64,000 bases of DNA from Felis catus (GCF_018350175.1 NC_058368.1:141486001-141550000); one strand, 5' to 3'. Shown: positions 26,400 through 40,677, numbered from the stretch's first letter. The notes: generated from the letters alone by a model not told the origin. Made by a program: numbers and translations.

Positions 26400-26900
26400 T
26401 TATTCCAACTTGCCTCTGCAAAATGCCTGGCCCCAGTTCTCAGTCCATACATTTAGAAGGAGCTTCACACCTAGAATTACGGGCCTCGGCCTAAACAATC
26501 AGTGCATCATTTCCCAAGCACAGTCACTTGTGTGAGATGACCATATATTTCTGTCAAAGCCAATGAGACTCAAATTCTTGCTAGGTATCCTGGAAAGAAG
26601 AGCCTCTCTCTTTCCCACTGGACTTAAACCTTGAAAGATGCAGACAGGAGTTTCTTTAACCAGCCGAGAACCACAGGGAAGAATCTGCCTGAGAATGTAA
26701 TGAGTTCATCCTGAAATTGCAATGTTAGAGCTGAGAGATACAGAAGAACTAGGTTTGTGAACAATGCTTGAGCTCCCATCAAGTAATGCCTAAAGCCAAA
26801 CTGGTCTCTGGAATTATGTTAGTCAATAAATTCCCTTTTTCCTAAGTAAGTTTGGGTTAAGTTTCCCAGCATGAACAATAGGAAGAGTCCAGTCTGATGT
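26400..26900 (+). mobile_element. MLT1-type MaLR LTR
   Basis: gccaatgagactcaa...gtcaataaattccctttttcctaag. Confidence 0.6.
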
Positions 26901-27494
26901 AATTTTCTTCTTTTCCAAAAGGTCCAACTAGATTTGTACAGACCATTATGGTTCAATGCCAAAGCTGCTGATGAGGGCTGAAACAAAATGCCAAAGCCTG
27001 TCCTTAGGCTTTGGAATTACTATGATTTTAAGCAAGCCAGAAGTTCAGGTTCTCAAAACATTTGGTTAATATTTAGATCAGGTGTTCCTGAAAAAGAAAC
27101 TGCATAGTAATTTCACACCTAGAGTCTCTAGACATTTAGGGATGTGTAAATGCAGTAATGAGCAACCTCAAGCTATTACTACTATTTCTAAAAAGAGTAA
27201 AAGCTGTTCCCTTAATGAGGTTAACTAAAACATAAATTTATTGGCTCTTAGTAGGAATTATGTCTACTCTATGCAGTTAACAGTGGTCATCTCTTGCTAA
27301 TCAGAAGCTCTCTTACTGTCAGATACATCACTAGCTAGACAGATAGATAGATATCCTTGACTGATTTTCCAAATAAGAAAATTATTTGTTTAATAAATTC
27401 TATACGATAGTGAAAATCTTCCAAAACACAGGGTTCCATAATGTGAGGAGAGGTGAAAGATTAAAAAAGGACTTTGGCACTTGGTAATTTAAAA

Positions 27495-27990
27495 AAAACA
27501 ACAACACTAATATAAGGTTATAGCAACATTTTTCTGGATATATCTCCTGAAGCAATGGAAATAAAAGCAAAAATAAACTACTGAGATTACATCAAAATAA
27601 AATGTGTCTAAACAGCGAAGGAAAAAAATCAACCAAACCAGAAGACAATCTAATGAATGGGAGAAGATATCTGCAAATGACATATCAGATAAAGGGTTAG
27701 CATCCAAAATACATAAAGAACTTACACAGTTTAACACCAAAAAAACCACAAATGTATAGAACAGTGTAACAAAATGATACCATTTGTTTATAAAAGGGAG
27801 GAAAATATATAATCTACATTTGTTTATAATGCACTTTAAAAATCTCTAGCATATATGGGAAACTAATGACCACCTGTTAAGAAGGAGAATTTTGATATAT
27901 GGGGGCAGGGTTGGGTGGGAGGAAGGCTTTTTACTAGATCCTCTTAGGTTTTAATTTTTAAGCATTTGGATATATTATGTGTTGAAAAAC
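27495..27990 (+). mobile_element. L1 ORF2 fragment plus old L1 3' fragment
   Basis: gaatgggagaagatatctgcaaatgacatatcagataaaggg. Confidence 0.75.
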
Positions 27991-28721
27991 ATTTCAAATC
28001 TAGCCTCACCAACTGGATGAGCCAACTTTCACTTCTTGGATGACCCACCAAAGATAGCTACTGACTAGAACCAGCCCTAAGTAAAATGATGGAGACTATC
28101 CTTGGGAACCTCATCCTACCAAACTTTCTCTTTCCCCTGTGTTAGCACATACTCTTAACTGTTTCTTACCATTGTCTACCCTCAAAGTCCTCACCACTCA
28201 TCTTTCTTCCTACCCCACATGCCCAAAAATCCTCACCATAACTCACTTCTCTACCATACTCTCTTTCCAAATTTCCCAAGGCAAAGATTACATGCATTCT
28301 TCATTTATTAGTAATGGATAATTGCAGTTGGCTTTTCACCACCTCTCTGGGACTGGGAACATGTTGGGTGGGAGTTTTCCAGCATCAAATCCTTTTCCTA
28401 CTTGGGAGAACCTATTTTGTATAGTCTTGTGACACGCTTTGTTCTGAGGGGCCAAAGGGGACAATTCCTTCCTTTCCCTATTCTCTTAAAGGTAGAGCTG
28501 CTTAGAACTCTAAAGTTTAGGAGAAGAATAACCCAATGTCAAAGTTTGAATTAAGATTGATTTAGGGAGGAACGCAGTAAAGATGGAAGTATCCAGAGAT
28601 GAAAGCAACTAGCTGGCCAGACTTTTATAGCTGCCTACACTCTGGGGCCCTTTTGGTTCCTGCTCACTTTCCAAGCCTGCTTTTCTAGCTTCCTGTCATT
28701 TCTGTGATTCTCCATTATCTT

Positions 28722-28755
28722 TTTTATTTATTTATTTTTTTAATGTTTGTTTATT

Positions 28756-28810
<55 letters not shown>

Positions 28811-28970
28811 AGGGGAGGGGAAGAGAGAGCTGGAAACACAGAGTCCAAAGCAGGTTTGAGCCTCTGAGCTGCCAGCACGGAGCCAGACACAGGGCTCACA
28901 CCCACGAACCGTGAGATCATGACCTGAGCCCAAGTCGGATTCTCAACTGACAGAGCCACCGAGGTGCCCC
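28722..28970 (-). mobile_element. SINEC_Fc within a probable MLT1 LTR (~28330-29062)
   Basis: 19-bp TSD tgtgattctccattatctt. Confidence 0.95.
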
Positions 28971-29749
28971 ATGTGATTCTCCATTATCTTCACAATACAT
29001 CCATTTTGCTTAAAACAGCAAGATAGTTCTCTGTTTCTTGTCATTAAAACTTTCACTGATATACTCTGAACAAAAATCTGAGTACCTATTATGGGCAGGG
29101 GAGGATACAGAAGTAAAAAATTCAAATATGATCACTTTTCTCAAGGAGATCATAATCTAGTTTTAGAGACGTAGAAAACTAAAAAATACGTGTTAATGAA
29201 TGGTATGGTCAGAGAACAAAGAAAGAAGTCAATGATTTGGAGAAGCCAGGGAAAGCTAAATGTGGCTCTCCCAGGCGAAATTTACCACTCTTGCCCTCCT
29301 AAGCAAAATTCATCACTCTTCACGACTGACTTTTTAAAATTACTATAAAATTAGCTTGTTACATACCAGTGTCTCCCACAGTCTCCCACAGTCTGAGCTC
29401 CCTGAAGACAAAGATTTCAAGAGCCCAACTAGTGCCAGAAAAACTCACTCATCCATTAATTCCACACACAAGACTAGAAACTGGTCACAGTGTGAGATGA
29501 GTTCATTTTCAAAGCATTTGGATAAGGGTAAGAGAGGAGAAAGGGAGCAAAAGGATAAGAAAATGGATTAAAGTTTCCTGTAGAGGAGTAGTAAGAAATA
29601 ATGTTGGAAATACAGAGGGCAGCCATTATTCAGGGCGCTGAAGACCATGCTAAATATCAGGAAGATTGGCAAACTAAAAATGGCTACAGGAACAAGTAGC
29701 AAGTACAAATGAGTAGTACTTGAGAAGTGAGCTAGATAAAACCAACAGA

Positions 29750-29870
29750 GGGGCACCTGGGTGACTCAGTCCATTGATATCTGACTCTTGATTTTGGCTC
29801 AGGTCATGATCTCATGGTCACGACATTGAGCCCCGCATCAGGCCTGTGCTGGGCATGGAGGCTGCTTTAG

Positions 29871-29916
<46 letters not shown>

Positions 29917-30000
29917 TCTCCTCCTCCTCCTCCTCCTCCTCCCCTGCTCTCTTGCTCTCTCATTCTCTCTCTCTTTCCAAAAAAAATTTTTTTAATTATA
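29750..30000 (+). mobile_element. SINEC with expanded (CT)n/(CCT)n
   Basis: SINE head and tail. Confidence 0.9.
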
Positions 30001-30145
30001 AAAAGAAAGCAATAGAAAGTCATGCAGGATGAGCTGAAACTATGTCATGTCTAAAACCATTCAAATTAAAGAAAAAATACTTTTCTGGTTGCAAAAAATA
30101 AGTTCATAGGCCACAAACTTCTACTGGGCTATGAAAAAGGTTTTT

Positions 30146-30800
30146 ATGGAAATGCAAGCTGGTGCAGCCACTCTGGAAAACAGTATGGAGGTTCCTCAAA
30201 AAAACTAAAAATACAACTCCCCTATGACCCAGCAAATGTACTACTAGGCATTTATCCACGGGATATAGGTGTGCTATTTTGAAGGGACACATGCACCCCT
30301 ATGATTATAACAGCACTATCAACAATAGCCAAAGTATGGAAAGAGCCCAAATGTCCATCGATGGATGAATGGCTTAAGAAGATGTGGTATATATATACAA
30401 TGGAGTATTACTTGGCAATCAAAAAGAATGAAATCTTGCCATTTGCAACTACGTGGATGGAACTGGAGGGTATTATGCTAAGTTAAATTAATCAGAGAAA
30501 GACAAACATCATATGACTTCACTCATATGAGGACTTTAAGAGACAAAACATGAACATAAGGGAAGGGGAAAAAAATAATATAAAAACAGGGAAGGGGACA
30601 AAACAGAAGAGACTCATAAATATGGAGAACAAACTGAGGGTTACTGAGGGGTTGTGGGAGGGAGGATGGGCTAAATGGGTAAGGGGCACTAAGGAATCTA
30701 CTCCTGAAATTGTTGCACTATATGCTAATTTGGATGTAAATTTTAAAAGATAAAAAATAAAATTAAAAAAATAAAAGGTTTTTTCTTAAAAAAAAAAAAA
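30146..30800 (+). mobile_element. 5'-truncated felid L1 3' end
   Basis: KVWKEPKCPSMDEWLKKMWYIYTMEYY; closely similar to the 3' end of the 42-49 kb L1; TSD aaaaggtttt. Confidence 0.92.
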
Positions 30801-31430
30801 GGTTTTGAGTAAGACAGAAGGAGGATCAGAAAGTTATATAAGAAGAAAAACCAAGCAGTAGCAGACATGGAAAGAAAACAAAAAAGCACAAAAAGGCAAG
30901 CAAGAAAAAATAAGGCTCTGAATTAGGAGTAGAGCAATATTCATCAATGGATGAAACTGTTTTATAAAAAGTTAATAGTGAACTAAATAATGAAAGTGAG
31001 GCTGTCACCACTTGACCCCACTGATTCCAGCATCACTAAAAATGAGAAAACAGGAGTGTGATAAATGCTTCAAAGAAAATTTCCATAGGACTTTATTTAT
31101 TAGGTAGGAAACAGAAGAAAAGAGGAGAATAGGAATTAATGATTATTACCCCCATATAGTCCCTGGTAACTGTAGCAATGACTATGACAGTGACAAATAT
31201 ATGGAAACCAAGAGGTAGAACCAGTTTTCAAGAGGGATATTAGAAACATCTATGGTGCAGTGATAAGGACTTCACAGAGGACAGGTGGTCTGCAAGCTCT
31301 ATCACCATTTAGCCACTTAACACTGAACAAACACAACCTCCTGGCTCCATGTCCTTTTCTTAAAAATGAGATTAAACCAGATGTTCTACATGACTCTTCT
31401 AGATCTGACATTCCAAGATAAGTTTGGTTT

Positions 31431-31659
31431 TTTTTGTTTTTTTGTTTTTTTTTTTCCAACGTTTATTTATTTTTGGGACAGAGAGAGACAGAGCATGAAC
31501 GGGGGAGGGGCAGAGAGAGAGGGAGACACAGAACCGGAAACAGGCTCCAGGCTCTGAGCCATCAGCCCAGAGCCCGACGCGGGGCTCGAACTCACGGACC
31601 GCGAGATCGTGACCTGGCTGAAGTCGGACGCTCAACCGACTGTGCCACCCAGGCGCCCC
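31431..31659 (-). mobile_element. Young SINEC_Fc
   Basis: Near-consensus; TSD gataagtttggttt. Confidence 0.97.
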
Positions 31660-31775
31660 GATAAGTTTGGTTTAAATGTGTTTAAAGTATCACAGGATAC
31701 TGAGGTGGGGGGGGGGGACAGATTTTCCCAGTGGATTTTTTTAAGTATATAAATTTCTTTAATAATACACACACA

Positions 31776-32210
31776 GAACACCTGGCTGATTCAGCAGGTT
31801 AAGTGTCCAACTCTTAATCTTGGCTCAGGTCATGATCTCCTGATTCCTGAGATCAAGCCCCATGTCGGGCTCTGCAGTGACAGCACAGTGACTCCCTCTC
31901 TCTCTGCCCCTCCCCCACTCACACACGTGCACACTTGTGCTCTCTCAAAATAAATAAATAAAACATAACATTGATTTAAAAAATAATAATATACACACGT
32001 GAGGAAAATACACAAAAATAACAATGCTTGGTTTTTAAGTAGCATATAAATGGGTTTTTAAATACTTTTGTTCTTACTAAAGAAAAAAAACACAAACACA
32101 AAACAAAAAACAAAGAAAAAGGGCACCTGGGTGGCTCAGTTGTGAAGTATGCAACTCTTGCTCTTGGGGTCATGAGTTCAAGCCCCACACTGGGTGTAAA
32201 AAATAAACAA
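31776..32210 (+). mobile_element. Two SINECs (31776-31980; truncated 32120-32210)
   Basis: SINE heads. Confidence 0.85.
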
Positions 32211-32364
32211 GTAAATACACTTTTTGCTGATTTTGTATATATTTTAACTTTTTAAAAAAATGCCTATATCTAGATTCTCCAATTCCACTCCTTCCATTTT
32301 CACTTAAATGCATACCCAATTAGGCTTTTGCCTGTAGAAGACTTCAAGAAACTGCTTTTTAAGC

Positions 32365-33095
32365 AAATTGTGGTAAAATGTACATAACAAATTTACCATC
32401 TTAACCATTTTTAACTGTATAAATCAGTGGTATTACATATATTCACATTGTTGTACAATCATCACTACCATCTACACACAGAACTCTTTTTATCTTGTAA
32501 AACTAAAACTCAATACCCATTAAACAATAACTCCCATTCTCCCCAAAGCCCTAGCAACTATGCGCCTACTTTCCGTCTCTATGAAATTGACTACTTTAGG
32601 CATCTCATATGAGTGAAATCATTATTTGTCCTTGTGCAACTGGCTTATTTGACTTAGGATGATGTCCTCAATGTTCTCCCAAGTTGTAGCATGTATCAGA
32701 ATTTCCTTCTTTTTTAAAGCCAAATAATATTTCGTTGTATGTATATATAGCATTTTGTTTATTCATTCATCCATCTTTTGGCTACTGCAATTAATGCTAC
32801 TATAAACATAGGTATACAAATACCTCTTCAAGTCCCTGCTTTCAATTCCATTGGGTATATATTCAGAAGAGGAACTGCTGGATCATATGGTAATACCATT
32901 TTTAATTTTTTGAGGAAACACTCTCCATCTTCCATAGCAATTGCCACAATTTACTTTCCAACCAATACCACACAAGGGTTCCAAGTTTTCCACATCCTTG
33001 CCAACACTTGCTATTTTCTGTTTTGTTTTGGTTTTTGACCGTAGCCATCCTGATGGGTCTGAGGTGATTTTGATTTGCATTTCCCTAATGATTAG
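32365..33095 (-). mobile_element. L1MA/MB 3' end
   Basis: aatttaccatcttaaccattttt...ttcacattgttgtacaa. Confidence 0.85.
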
Positions 33096-33129
33096 TATTC
33101 TTCATGGTTTTAATCAAAAGACACATGAG

Positions 33130-33730
33130 CAGGATGCCTGGGTGCCTTAGTCAGTTAAGCATCCAACTTCGGCTCACGTCATGATCTTGCAGTTTGTAGG
33201 TTCAAGCCTGGTGTTGGGTTCTGGGCTGACAGCTCAGAGCTTGGAGCCTGCTTCGGATTCTGTGTCTCCCTCTCTCTCTGCCCCTCCCCTGCTTGTGCAC
33301 TCGCGCGCTCTCTCTCTCTCTCAAAAATAAATAAAAACATTTTTAAAAATTTAAAACATAAAAGAACATATGAGCCAACACAAAGAGCTCCAAGTGGCCA
33401 AAGACAGAATATTTAGAGCATCAAAAAATATCTAAATACAACTGAGTAAAATACACCAAATATATAAACCTCAAGTGTAAAATGACACCTTAAAAAAAAA
33501 AAATCTCTTCCTGGCACGTAGGTGGCTCAGCCAATTAAGCGTCTGACTCTTGATTTTGGCTCAGGTCATGATATTGCAGTTTGGTTCCTGAGACTAAACC
33601 CCACATCAGGCTCTGCGCTGACAGCATGGAGCCTGCTTGGGATTCTCTCTCCCTCTTTCTCTGCTCTCACTTGTGCACACACTCGTGTACATACTCTCTC
33701 ACTCTCAAACAAATAAACTTCTTTAAAAAG
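33130..33730 (+). mobile_element. Two SINECs (33130-33350, 33510-33730) within an old L1 3' region
   Basis: SINE heads and tails with TSD-like flanks. Confidence 0.88.
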
Positions 33731-34203
33731 CTCTTCATTAAACACTACTGGAAATAACTAGGGCACACATTACTTATTCTGAAGATTTGCAGTTAAAATG
33801 GAAAAATTAAACATTTTTCCTGCCTTTCACATACAAAATATATTTTAGGATAATCAAATAGCTCTAGGTGATGAAATAAAGTTATTTACTAAAGAATTCT
33901 ACCTAATAAACATGGAAGGAATGACAGAATGAGAAAATCATAATTTTGCAAGCCCTAGTGAAGCAAATGCTTCACACAATATTCATAAATGTATGAAACC
34001 ATTAGCTAAAGTGGTGATAGGAAACTGTACAATGGAGATCGGGCTGTAACAACTTGAACCCCCTGGTTGATCACTGCATCACTGAAATGAAGACAAGCAA
34101 ACACTGTGTGCTTCCTGATATGATCAAATATGAAGCATACAGCACAACCTATGAAATATTCATGCCCAAAAATGTTGGACCTAAATCTGATTAAAAGCCT
34201 CTA

Positions 34204-34387
34204 CAGTGCACTAATATGATAGCCAGTAGCCACATGTAGCTATTTAAATTTAAAAAGTAAAATTAAAAATTCAGTTTCTCGGTCACAAGTACTCAAAAGC
34301 CACATGTAGCCATTAGACAGCACAGGTACAGAACAACAGTGCAGATACACATTTCCATCACTGCATAAGTTTTACTGGATAATGCTG
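34204..34387. mobile_element. MER3-like hAT MITE inside an old L1MC-type 3' end
   Basis: tagccacatgtagcta...aaaaattcagttt...ggataatgctg. Confidence 0.7.
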
Positions 34388-34718
34388 CTCTGGAGCTAAA
34401 TTCTATTTACAAGAAATATGGAAGGATAAGAGGAGTAAAGGAACAAATAACATGACTCTAGAAAGAAGCAAGCAAACAAATCTAGAATGCAGGGGTTTCT
34501 ACAGACCAGTTAAGTGAATGGCAGGGGGAGAAAAGAAGGGAGGAGGACACTACTACAGATTTTAAGACTTAAGATATGAAATATTCAGAAAAGGAAAATT
34601 TATACAAAAAAGCAGATCAGTGGTTTCTAGGGGCTGGAGGCAGAAGCAAGGATTGACTGTAAATGTGTTTGAAGAAATTTGGGGGGAGTGTTGAAAAGCT
34701 TGAATTGGATTATGATAA

Positions 34719-34757
<39 letters not shown>

Positions 34758-34771
34758 AGCTGGATTATGAT

Positions 34772-35200
34772 GGGGCACCTGGGTGGCTCAATCAGTTGAG
34801 CATCCAACTTCAGCTCAGGTCACGATCTCACAGTTCATGAGTTTGAGCCCCACATGAGGCTCATGCTGTCTGCGCAAAGCTCACTTCAGATCCTCTGTCC
34901 CCCTCTCTGTCCCTCCCCCATTCATGCTCTCTCTCTCAAAAATAAATAAACATTAAAAAAAAAACAAAAAAAAACAAAAAAAAAACAGGAGCACCTGGGT
35001 CACTCAGTTGACTAAGTGTCCAGCTTCGGCTTAGGTCATGGTCTCACAGTTTGTGAGTTTGAGCCCTGCATCAGGTTCTTGGCTGACAGCTCAGAGCCTA
35101 GAACGTGCTTCAGATTCTATGTCTACCTACCTCTCTGCCCCTCCCCTACTCATGCTCTGCCCCTCTCTCTCAAAAATAAATAAACGTTAAAAAAATTTTA
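34772..35200 (+). mobile_element. Two tandem SINECs
   Basis: Heads at 34772 and ~34988. Confidence 0.9.
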
Positions 35201-36835
35201 AAACACACCACAAAAAACCGACTATAATGAAAAAAAAAACTGGACTATGACCAACTCTTTTAAGTTCACTAAATATTACTGAATTGTTCTTTAAAAGCCA
35301 AAAGAGACAAATCTAATGTGCAGAACTTTTTTGAACAAGATTCTAAGTAACTCGAAAAAGATATTTTGAAATAGTCAAAGAAATTTGATTATGGATTAGA
35401 TTATACCAAAAAAATTAATTGTTGGAGGGTATGAATAGAATATTTATTCACACTTTTAAAGATACATATAGAAATATGTACAATGTCTGAGATTCACTTT
35501 AACAGACTCAGAGAAAAAAGATGAAAAAAATAATGAATAAAGCAAATGAAACAGAAATCTTAAAAATTATTAGATATGGCTGCTTTATACATGAGTTCAT
35601 TGTACTATTTTTTCTATATTTGCATATGTTTGCAATTTTTTATCATTAAAAAAATTAATGGCTACAATAATACCTTCTCATAATCAATCCTACAAACCAA
35701 ATCTATGATGAAGTTTGTGACTTTCCAATATTACCGGCAACAAAGATACAAGGTGATCATTTTTAAGTAAGTTTCAATTTTAGAATTATTTTAAGTCCCC
35801 AAAGAAACACTCAATGATTACATTTAAGTCACCATCTTAAACTTCAAAAAATTTTATAAGCCCACTCTGTCTGGGGGCTTTGGATGAGGTGAAGTGGCAG
35901 GAGGAACTAAATACACACATATTTTTCCCCTACTAGCTGAGCTGAATCTCTTTCATGATACACTTGACACTAAGTCATTAAATAAATCCAACAGCATTCT
36001 CAGTAACTAGCCTGTGATAAATATGCCTGGCACCAGTGCAAAGTATTCAAGCCTTTTCAACAGCTTTTCCTTTGTGCACATCTGCAGGCTTTCTATGCAT
36101 ATCTGCATACAGACTCCACAACCACAATCTGCATTATAATTAAAGTAACAGCACATTTGACCAGGTCCACAGGGTTTTGATATATAACCATTTTTGAGAT
36201 CTGCTGGGAACTGAGGATGCCCTGCGGAGAAAGTATGGCTAATTTCAAATCAGGAACCAGACAAGCTCCAAGTGGTAAGACAGTTGTTTTCCGGAAACAG
36301 CTATGACATAACTGTGTGTATGTGTGTGTGTGCACAGACATGCATCTATCTCAAATCACAATGCTCTTCTCTTTTACTCCTCACCACAGCTGTCATATAT
36401 CCACTCTAAATAGTCAAGGAACAGCCCCAAATGCACATACAGATCAAATTAAAAATCTTATATAAAAAGCATTCTTTGGTTACCATTGACAGAGAAAATC
36501 ACTGAAATATGGATTCAACTAGGGATATATAGCAAGTACAGAAATAGTAGACCTGAACTATACATCTCACCCATTCTGTACCTTTGGTAATTAAAATCAC
36601 CTTGCTCAGTTCCCCTTAACCTCATGTTTAAAAAGTTTACTTTGAAATCTAGACTGAAATCCCACGGCTAGGTAAGTTCTTACGTACATGCACTTCTTCA
36701 AAGGCCTTTGGGGAGTACTCACTGTCAGCTTATATTGTTCAATTCACTCTGTACTGTAGCACAGAAGTCCCATGGAATTCAGCAAGGAGCAGAGCAATCT
36801 GATTCTCTACCACCCTAGCCTAGAATGCTGTAAGT

Positions 36836-37006
36836 TAGCACTGTCTAATAAAACTTTCTGTAATGACACTCAACACAGTTGCCACTAATCACATGTGGGT
36901 TTTGAGCACTTAAAATGTGGCTGTTGTGACTGAGGAACTGAACTTCTAATTTTATTTAACTTAAATAGGCACATGTGGCTAGTGGTTACCATATTGCAGG
37001 ACGTAG
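36836..37006. mobile_element. MER3-like hAT MITE
   Basis: gcactgtctaataaaactttctgtaatga...cacatgtggctagtggttaccatatt. Confidence 0.75.
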
Positions 37007-37639
37007 CTATAAGTAACTTTCTTGTGTTTTCACACAGGTTTCATTCTCTGTGTCTCTATGTCTCTCTCTCGCTCTCATCTACAAACATACACACTCATAC
37101 ATCAAATCTTAGTATTTAACTGAGTGATGGGGTTATGGAATCAGATTCAAATATATTTTGAATGAATAAATATGTATTTATATTTAATAGTATCTACAAC
37201 AAACAGGTAACACTAGTATCACGAAAGGTTCTAAGATAATCCTATAGACATTAAAACTACATATATGAAAACATACCCCAATATGGAAAATACACAGAGA
37301 AAGAATACAAAATATCATCTATTTTTTTGGTCACAAAAAATTAAATAGGCACATGCATGAGGATTAGAAGGTATCATAAACCAAAGAAAAATAGTCAGAT
37401 GGAGGAAGGAATTATAAGTGGATTTCATTCATATACATAAAGCTTTAGAAAATAAATTAAGGTTGAAGAGCAATGAAATATAAAGGTCTAAGCATAGAAA
37501 TAATCTCAGAAAACTTGAATTTGGAGAACAGGTAACTATCCTACATTGGCAGCAACCTAGAGGGCTAAGGATAAGGAGACTGAAAAGAACTCAACCTGTG
37601 CACTGTCGGGGGAAGGTCTAACTAAAACTGAGAAATCTG

Positions 37640-37850
37640 GAATGCCTGGGTGGCTCAGTCAGTTAAGCATCCAACTTCAGCCCATGTCATGATCTCATGG
37701 TTTATGGGTTCGAGACCTGCCTTGGGTTCTCTGCTCTCAGCACAGAACCTGGATTCTCTGTCTCCCTCTCTCTCTGACCCTCCCCCCACTTGCTCATGCA
37801 CCCTCTCTCTCTCCCTTTCAAAAATAAACATTAATAAACAAATAAATAAA
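37640..37850 (+). mobile_element. SINEC
   Basis: TSD aaa(c/t)tgagaaatct. Confidence 0.9.
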
Positions 37851-37994
37851 ATTGAGAAATCTATGACTAAGAGAAAGAGGGAAAGAAAGTTTGTAAATGA
37901 GAGCTAATAGGTGTCAGTGTTAACATTTAGTCAGTAAAAGACTTGAGGCCATTCCAAGGCTGTTAGCTGAGAGGTCAGAAAGGCTCAACATTAC

Positions 37995-38248
37995 CCTTAA
38001 AGACAGACAACAAACTGAGGGTTGATGGAGGGAGGTGGGTGGGGGATGGGCTAGTTGGGTGATAGGTACTAAGGAAGACACTTGTTATGATAAGCACTGG
38101 GTGCTGTATGCAAGTGATGAATCACTGAATTCTACTCCTAAAACCAATATTGTACTGTATGTTAACTAACTGGAATTTAAATAAAATTTTAAAAAGAAAA
38201 AAATTAAACTAAAAGTAAAACAAACAAACAAACAAACAAACAAACAAA
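37995..38248 (+). mobile_element. Short L1 3' end with (AAAC)n tail
   Basis: aacaaactgagggttgatgg; TSD gctcaaca. Confidence 0.85.
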
Positions 38249-38719
38249 CGCTCAACACTGCTTTCTAGGTGAGACCCATTCCTGAGATTAGCATCAATTA
38301 CACTTAATTCACCTGGACAGCTTCAGTGACTGAAACAGTGATTCTCAAACTTCAAAATGAGATTCTTAAAGCCCATCCCTAGAGACTGAGACATATTGAT
38401 TTAAAAAAAAAAAAACCCTGTTTTATCTGTGTGGGTTAGGAAAAATAAAGACACCCTACCCCATGCAACTTAAAATCTGTCTTCTATTTAATAAAGATGA
38501 TTAAACATGTTTTTTGATAACTTGGGAAACTCTAGCATCTCTGATCATAGCCTATTATCTTTTCATAGATTTTAGGAAAGGAAGAAAAATAAGAAAGCTG
38601 TCTTTATACATGGGAAGATATGTCAAGTAATAATAAAGGAGGTAGACTTGTTTTGTAGGACATCAAGGCTAAGACAGAGGATGAATGGCTTCAGTGTAAT
38701 ATAAGAATGTATTAGAAGA

Positions 38720-38925
38720 GGGGTGCCTGAGTGGCTCAGTTGGTTAAGCTTCTGACTCTTGGTTTCAGCTCAAGGCATGATCTCACAGTTCATGGATTCA
38801 AGCCCCACACTGGGCTCTGCACTGAGGAGCCTGCTTGGGATTCTCTCTCTCCCTCTCTCTCTGCCCCTCCCCCTACTTGCACTCTATCTCAAAATAAATA
38901 AATAAACTTTAAAATAAAAAAAAAA
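38720..38925 (+). mobile_element. SINEC
   Basis: TSD aagaatgtatt(a/c)gaaga. Confidence 0.92.
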
Positions 38926-40617
38926 GAATGTATTCGAAGAAATGAGATTCCTTATCAGGTGGTGAGTTTCCTATATCTTGAAGATGTCTAAGCTGATGCT
39001 ATATGACCACAAGGTCTGTAAGTTGTGTGAATGATTTGACCAGCAATAATATTAGATAACCAGTGACTTTCCTTCCTACCTTGATACAACCTACCTAGTA
39101 TCTCGTGGAATTTACTACTGTTACCAAAGAAAACTCAAATATCATTTGGAAGTATTTGATGTGACATATATTTGCTTAGTTGTTCATGATGATCAGATAA
39201 GAAGTTCACATCAATAGAATTTTTTTTACTTTTACACTGCAAATTACTTGACTTCGCTTTCACTTCTCCAATACCTAAAGTAAAATATTGTATTTTTACC
39301 TTATTACCACCTCAGTATCATTTATTCAACAAATATTTCTTACCATCTAATAAGTGTCAGGTGCCACGCATTCAGGCCAGGAAATAGTTGAACTAATCAT
39401 CAATACACACACAAGTTAAGAGAGAAAGTCCCATGGGTGATTCTCCCAAAACTTAGATTTCGTTGTCTCAACCTATCCCTATGTTCCAGGTCAGACTTTC
39501 CTATATTATACCCAATGAAGCCTCCATTTTCCCTCTCTCCCTCACCCCATTTACCTGAGAGATGCATGGGCAGCATGTCCAGCTGTTACTTCTCCTAAGC
39601 CCTGACCCCAGTTCCAGATGTCCCTGAAGCAGCAGAAATTTGGGGCCAGGAGGATGAGGACTGCCTGTCTAAAGGAAACAACAGGATTACCATAGGGAAG
39701 GCAGAAGGAAGCTTCAAATCAGGATATTACATAGTAAAAATGGACTCTGGGGATTTCACAGCAGAGGAATAAAAAACATAGGGAAGAAAGAGATGAGGTT
39801 TGTATGGGAGCAATGGCTGGAGAGGACTACTTTAAAGCCATAAATGCCCCAAGTGACTTTGGAGCCCAGGGTGTCACCTAGGAGAAGGCAACAATACAGA
39901 AGTTGCCACTTGTGTCCTCAGAAGTTTTGAGGCGATCAATCTCTAAGGAAATCTGTAAAATCTTGGTTACTCTAGAAAAGCTGATGTTTGAAGACAGGAA
40001 CTGTGGAGGGGAGGAAACTACAACTGATACTTTTATTGTTCTTCTCTTATTGTGAAATATGTCCAATGAACAAAAGAATATATATACCATTTAAAGAATA
40101 ATAAAACCCACCTATGCTCCACCTTCCACATGAAGAGTATTTTTCTTTACTCCTTTTTCTCCAAATTCTGGAGCATCCATAAATAACTAAAGTGGATTTT
40201 ATCTAGGGGGCCAGTTTCAGGTGTATCATTTCTTTAAAGTGAAGAATGCCCCTGTGCAAATCATTCTATCTCCAACACCATTCTTACCTGCCTCCTAATG
40301 CTTAATTGTTAATTGATTAAGATAAAGACATTCTTTCTACACTAAAATCAGAGGGTTTAAAATGGATGAATTAGCATATTGCTTTAAATCTTTTCAAAGT
40401 GTAAATAGTACCAAATAATTTCCTATTGTGAATGGGGAAAGGATGTGAAGGGGAAGTTCCCGACTCTAAAAATGTCAGCGGAGAGAGGAAAGCTGAAGGC
40501 TCCTAAAATACTTCACATGCTTCACTAGTTTCCCTTGGACTTGAACTATCTGCCTTTATCCATACATAAAAAGAGGCATGAGCAGAGATACTTCCTGGCC
40601 TATGTCCATGCACTCAC

Positions 40618-40650
40618 CTGAACAGCCACTAGACTACCCATTCTTTTCAT
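40618..40650 (-). CDS. Candidate alternative first coding exon (MKRMGSLVAVQ), possibly of the downstream gene (WDR41 by synteny)
   Basis: agaATG at 40650, 33 nt open, phase-0 perfect donor CAG|GTGAGT at 40618/40617; two X-box-like motifs upstream. Confidence 0.35.
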
Positions 40651-40677
40651 TCTCTCATGTGGTCATAAACACCTGGC

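Noticed and set aside
39878..39952. 75-bp minus-strand exon candidate
   Set aside because: Weak polypyrimidine tract and donor; ends in an in-frame TAG.
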